Shown here one piece after another: positions 60,181 to 64,000 of a stretch of DNA of 64,000 nt (position 1 is its first letter; each line of letters starts with the position of its first letter). Source of the stretch: an uncultured cyanobacterium (lineage in GTDB: Bacteria; Cyanobacteriota; Cyanobacteriia; CAKZMO01); assembly GCA_963719515.1 (NCBI GenBank), contig CAVRCJ010000010.1, positions 384,001 through 448,000 of the forward strand, written 5' to 3'. The notes beneath the pieces are model-generated. The model saw only the letters and a list, made by a program, of their open reading frames with translations. It was not told where the DNA came from and did no database searches. A program made the translations under genes and the position numbers.

Positions 60181-63100
60181 TCACCGCACACAGAGCGCCG
60201 ACGACCTAGCCACAAACCCCTCACTCACCAACTCATTCACCGTCGACTGCGTATCCATCACGCAAAACTGCACCCCCAGCCGCACCAGCTGCCGCCGCGG
60301 CCCCCCACTAATCACCGCCACCACCGGCACCTTGTTTTTCCCCTTCTCCTCATGGTGCTGCAGCAAAATGCTCCGCAGGCGGTGCTGCTGGGCAATATCC
60401 CCCGCTACCTGGGGTTCAATCTCCACCATCACCATCTGCACCGCATCCACCGGCTCCGCATCCTCTACAATCAGCTGCAGCTGCTCATCCCGTCCGCTGT
60501 CAATCTTGCCCCACAGCATCAGCGGCTTATCCGGCACAATGTGCTCGCTCACCTGCTCATAGGTGCGCGGAAAGACGACGCCGTCAATTTTCCCCGTCAG
60601 GTCTTCCACCTCCACAATCGCCATCCGCGCCCCCTTCTTCGTCTGCACCGGCTTCACCAGGCTCAGCATGGCAATCACGCTCACCGTGCCGCGATCGCGG
60701 TAATCGTTGGCCTCCGCCAGGTCGATGGGGGCCAGCACCTTGGCCGCCTTTTGCACCGACTTCAGCGGATGGTCCGAGATATAGAAGCCCAGCAGTTCCT
60801 TCTCCAGCTTCAGCTTTTCCTGGGGCGGGTAGTCCGCCACGGGGGCAGCCTTCGGGGCCACCTCAAAGCCGGGGGTGGCAGGTCCACTGCTGGCAGCGCC
60901 GCCCCCCAACAGGTCCAGCAAATTTCCCTGGCCAATCTCCCGGTCCTTGGCTCTTCCCTGGGCCCAGTCCAGCACCAGGTCCAGGTCCTGCGTTAGCTGG
61001 TTGCGGTTGGGCTCTAGGGCGTCCAGAGCCCCCGACTGAATGAGGGCTTCTAGGGCGCGGCGGTTCACCGTACGGGAGTCCACGCGATCGCACAGGCCCG
61101 CTAGAGACTCGAACGGCCCTTCCTTCCGCGCGGCAATGACGGCCTCAATCGCCCCCAGCCCCACGTTGCGCACCGCCGACAGACCAAACAGGATGGCCCG
61201 CTTAGTCTCGTGAGGCAGCGGCGTGAAGTCCACCCCCGAGCGGTTTACGTCCGGCGGCAGCACGTCGATGCCCATGGCGATCGCATTGCCGATGTACTGC
61301 TGCACCTTGGCCTGGTCGCCGCTGTTAGCGGTCAGCAGCGCCGCCATATACTCCACCGGGTAGTTGGCCTTCAGGTAGGCGGTCTGGAAAGTCACATAGC
61401 CGTAGGCCGTGGAGTGAGACTTGTTGAAGCAGTACTCGGCAAACAGCACCATCTGCTCAAATAGGTCCGCCGCTACCTTGGCCTTCACCCCGTTTTTTTC
61501 CGACCCCTCCACAAAGATGGGCTGGTGCTTCTCCATTTCGGAGACCTTCTTCTTACCCATGGCCCGCCGCAGCAGATCCGCCTGTCCCAACGAGTAGCCC
61601 GCCATATCCTGGGCGATCTTCATGATCTGCTCTTGGTAGACCATGATGCCGTAGGTCTCTTTGAGAATCGGCTTCAGGATGGCGTGGGGGTAGTCGATGT
61701 GCTCCCGCCCGTGCTTGCGGTTGATGAACTTAGGAATTAGGCCCGCGTCTAGCGGTCCCGGTCGGTAGAGCGCCAGCACCGAGGAGATGTCTTCTAGGCC
61801 CGAGGGCTTCAGGTCCCGCACGATCTGCCGCATGCCGGAGGACTCTAGCTGGAATATTCCCGCCAGGTCGCCCCGCGCCAGCAGCGCGTAGGTCGGTGGG
61901 TCGTCCATGGGCAAGCGGTCAATATCCAGCGCCGTTTGCCGCGTCTCCTGCACCAGGTCGATGGTTTTTTGAATGGTGGTCAGATTCTTCAGGCCCAAAA
62001 AGTCCATCTTCAAGAGGCCCATAGACTCAATATCCTCCATGGAATACTGGGTCACCGCCCCGTCGCTGTCTTTGTTCAGCTGCAGCGGCACAATCTCATC
62101 TAGAATCTGGGCCGAAATCACCACCCCCGCCGCGTGAATGCCGACGCTCTTGTTGGTGCCTTCAATCCGCAGCGCCATGTCCACCCAGCGGCGATGGGTG
62201 ACGTCGGTGCCGGGAATTACCTGGTCGCTCTCGTACTTGTCGCGAAACTCCACGGCGGGGGACTTGTCCGACACCATGACGTTGAGCTTGGTGGGCTTAC
62301 CTCGCACCACCGGAATCAGCTTCGCCATCTTGTTGGATTCGTCGAAGGGAATATCCAACACCCGGGCGACGTCTTTGAGCACCGCCTTAGAGGTCATGCG
62401 GTTGTAGGTGATGATCTGGGCGACGCGATCGCCCCCATATTTCTCCGTCACGTACTGAATCACCTCGTCCCGCCGATCGATGCAGAAGTCGGTGTCAATA
62501 TCGGGCATGGACTTACGCTCGGGGTTCAAGAACCGCTCGAACAGCAGGCCGTGGTGCACCGGGTCGATGTTGGTGATCCCCAAGGCGTAGGCCACCAAGG
62601 ACCCTGCCGCCGAGCCCCGCCCTGGACCCACCGGAATGCCGCGATCGCGGGCAAATTTGATGTAGTCCCACACCACCAAAAAGTAGGTAGAGAATCCCAT
62701 CTGGTCCATCATCTGCAGTTCGTACTCCAGCCGCTCCCGGTAGGTGGCATCTGCCGCCTCGTAGCTGCCGACACCCAGGCGATCTAGCAGGCCCTCGCGG
62801 GTGACTTTTTGCAGGTAGGAGGTGGGGTCATGGCCTTCGGGGATGGGGTAGTCGGGGATGCGGGACCCGCCCAGTAGCTCGTCCTTGTATTCGGTGACCT
62901 TTTCAGCCACGAGCACCGTATTGGCGATCGCCTCGTCGACTACGTCCTGGGTCAGGTGATCGCGAAACAGCAGCCGCATTTCCTCCGCCGACTTCACGTA
63001 CTCCGTGCCGCTGTAGCGCAGCCGCTTGTCTTCAGTGAGCAGCTTTCCCGTCTGGATGCACAGCAGGGCGTCGTGGGCCTCCACGTCGTAGCAGGAAATG

Positions 63101-63726
63101 TAGTGGGAGTCGTTGGTGGCCACCAGCTTGATATCCAGCTCTCGCGCCAGGGCCACGATTTGTGGGTTGATGATCCGCTCTTCGGGCAGGCCGTGGTCTT
63201 GAATCTCCAGGTAATAGTCCTCGCCAAAGAGGTCTTTGTACCACTGGGCCACCCGCTTTGCCACCTCGGGCTTGCGCTGCAGAAACGCCTGGGGCACCTC
63301 TCCCGCTAGGCAGCCGCTGGTGACAATCAGCCCCTCGTGGTGCCGCTGCAGCATCTCTTTATTGATGCAGGGGCGGGAGAAGATGCCCTTGCCCTGGACG
63401 CCGTGCAGGTGGGAGTCGCTGGTCAGCTTCACCAAATTTTTGTATCCCGCCACGTTTTTGGCCAGCACTACCTGGTGATAGCGGGGACGGCGCTCCTGCT
63501 TGGTGGGGTCGCCGTTAATCACGTACATCTCGTTGCCGATAATCGGCTTGATGCCTTTACCGCTGCACAGCTTCATCAGCTCCACCGCACCGTACATCAC
63601 CCCGTGGTCTGTGAGGGCGATCGCGGGCATACCTAGCTCCACGGCGCGGTCGACTAGGGCAGGGAGCTGGCTGGCCCCATCGAGGAGACTGTAGTCGCTG
63701 TGGATGTGGAGGCCGACGAAGGACAT
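60181..63726 (-). CDS. dnaE: DNA polymerase III alpha subunit, contiguous (no intein)
   Basis: [53 protein letters not shown] fold. Confidence 0.98.
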   Translation of the reverse strand: MSFVGLHIHSDYSLLDGASQLPALVDRAVELGMPAIALTDHGVMYGAVELMKLCSGKGIKPIIGNEMYVINGDPTKQERRPRYHQVVLAKNVAGYKNLVKLTSDSHLHGVQGKGIFSRPCINKEMLQRHHEGLIVTSGCLAGEVPQAFLQRKPEVAKRVAQWYKDLFGEDYYLEIQDHGLPEERIINPQIVALARELDIKLVATNDSHYISCYDVEAHDALLCIQTGKLLTEDKRLRYSGTEYVKSAEEMRLLFRDHLTQDVVDEAIANTVLVAEKVTEYKDELLGGSRIPDYPIPEGHDPTSYLQKVTREGLLDRLGVGSYEAADATYRERLEYELQMMDQMGFSTYFLVVWDYIKFARDRGIPVGPGRGSAAGSLVAYALGITNIDPVHHGLLFERFLNPERKSMPDIDTDFCIDRRDEVIQYVTEKYGGDRVAQIITYNRMTSKAVLKDVARVLDIPFDESNKMAKLIPVVRGKPTKLNVMVSDKSPAVEFRDKYESDQVIPGTDVTHRRWVDMALRIEGTNKSVGIHAAGVVISAQILDEIVPLQLNKDSDGAVTQYSMEDIESMGLLKMDFLGLKNLTTIQKTIDLVQETRQTALDIDRLPMDDPPTYALLARGDLAGIFQLESSGMRQIVRDLKPSGLEDISSVLALYRPGPLDAGLIPKFINRKHGREHIDYPHAILKPILKETYGIMVYQEQIMKIAQDMAGYSLGQADLLRRAMGKKKVSEMEKHQPIFVEGSEKNGVKAKVAADLFEQMVLFAEYCFNKSHSTAYGYVTFQTAYLKANYPVEYMAALLTANSGDQAKVQQYIGNAIAMGIDVLPPDVNRSGVDFTPLPHETKRAILFGLSAVRNVGLGAIEAVIAARKEGPFESLAGLCDRVDSRTVNRRALEALIQSGALDALEPNRNQLTQDLDLVLDWAQGRAKDREIGQGNLLDLLGGGAASSGPATPGFEVAPKAAPVADYPPQEKLKLEKELLGFYISDHPLKSVQKAAKVLAPIDLAEANDYRDRGTVSVIAMLSLVKPVQTKKGARMAIVEVEDLTGKIDGVVFPRTYEQVSEHIVPDKPLMLWGKIDSGRDEQLQLIVEDAEPVDAVQMVMVEIEPQVAGDIAQQHRLRSILLQHHEEKGKNKVPVVAVISGGPRRQLVRLGVQFCVMDTQSTVNELVSEGFVARSSALCVR

Positions 63727-63835
63727 GGCAGAAACCGGGTACAGATACGATTAGGGTATCCGATCTATGGCGCTATATCTAGCATATTGTTTCGATTTTT
63801 TACCGCAAATCCCCCCTACATGTATGGACGCCCCG

Positions 63836-63966
63836 GTAGGGACATGGCATGCCATGGTCCCTGTTTAGCGTAGCCTTGGCCCTCTCCCCCGGCCCCTCTC
63901 CCAAATTTGGGAGAGGGGAGGCTGGTCCCCTTCCCTCAGAATTGGGGGAAGGGTTAGGGATGGGGG
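63836..63966. repeat. Cluster of REP-like palindromes
   Basis: gtagggacatggcatgccatggtccct; cccctctcccaaatttgggagagggg; cccttccctcagaattgggggaaggg. Confidence 0.7.
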
Positions 63967-64000
63967 CTTTCCAAAACGCTAAACAGATACATGCCATGTC

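Noticed and set aside
60332..63694. Multiple plus-strand ORFs inside dnaE
   Set aside because: Antisense shadows caused by codon bias

Overview
GC-rich cyanobacterial chromosome segment. The evidence is dense HIP1 GCGATCGC octamers, pipX-pipY-sepF-proC, a CAB-tailed ferrochelatase and NtcA-type promoters. Most of it is housekeeping: urtA-D with ureEFG, dprA, a polar amino-acid ABC transporter, corA, recA, speD/speE, tRNA-Thr, moeA, rpmG-rpsR-RNase II, birA, pgeF, cfa, der, hemH, codB and an unsplit, intein-free dnaE. The accessory features are: (i) an orphan 14-repeat CRISPR array, flanked by a structured ~160-nt RNA-like element with a small ORF on one side and a MITE on the other; (ii) a chromosomal ParM/ParR-like pair with no visible parC, a perfect LexA-type box and a convergent XisA-like recombinase; (iii) a 1271-aa transmembrane STAND-like NTPase with external Ig-like domains; (iv) a hotspot between codB and dnaE holding an XRE switch, an AT-rich J-domain + HNH-nuclease operon, a nonsense-broken Uma2 gene, an MNT-HEPN pair and a tnpB-less IS200/IS605 remnant. 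The J-domain + HNH operon is the best candidate for an undescribed system. All calls come from reading motifs by eye; no database searches were run.
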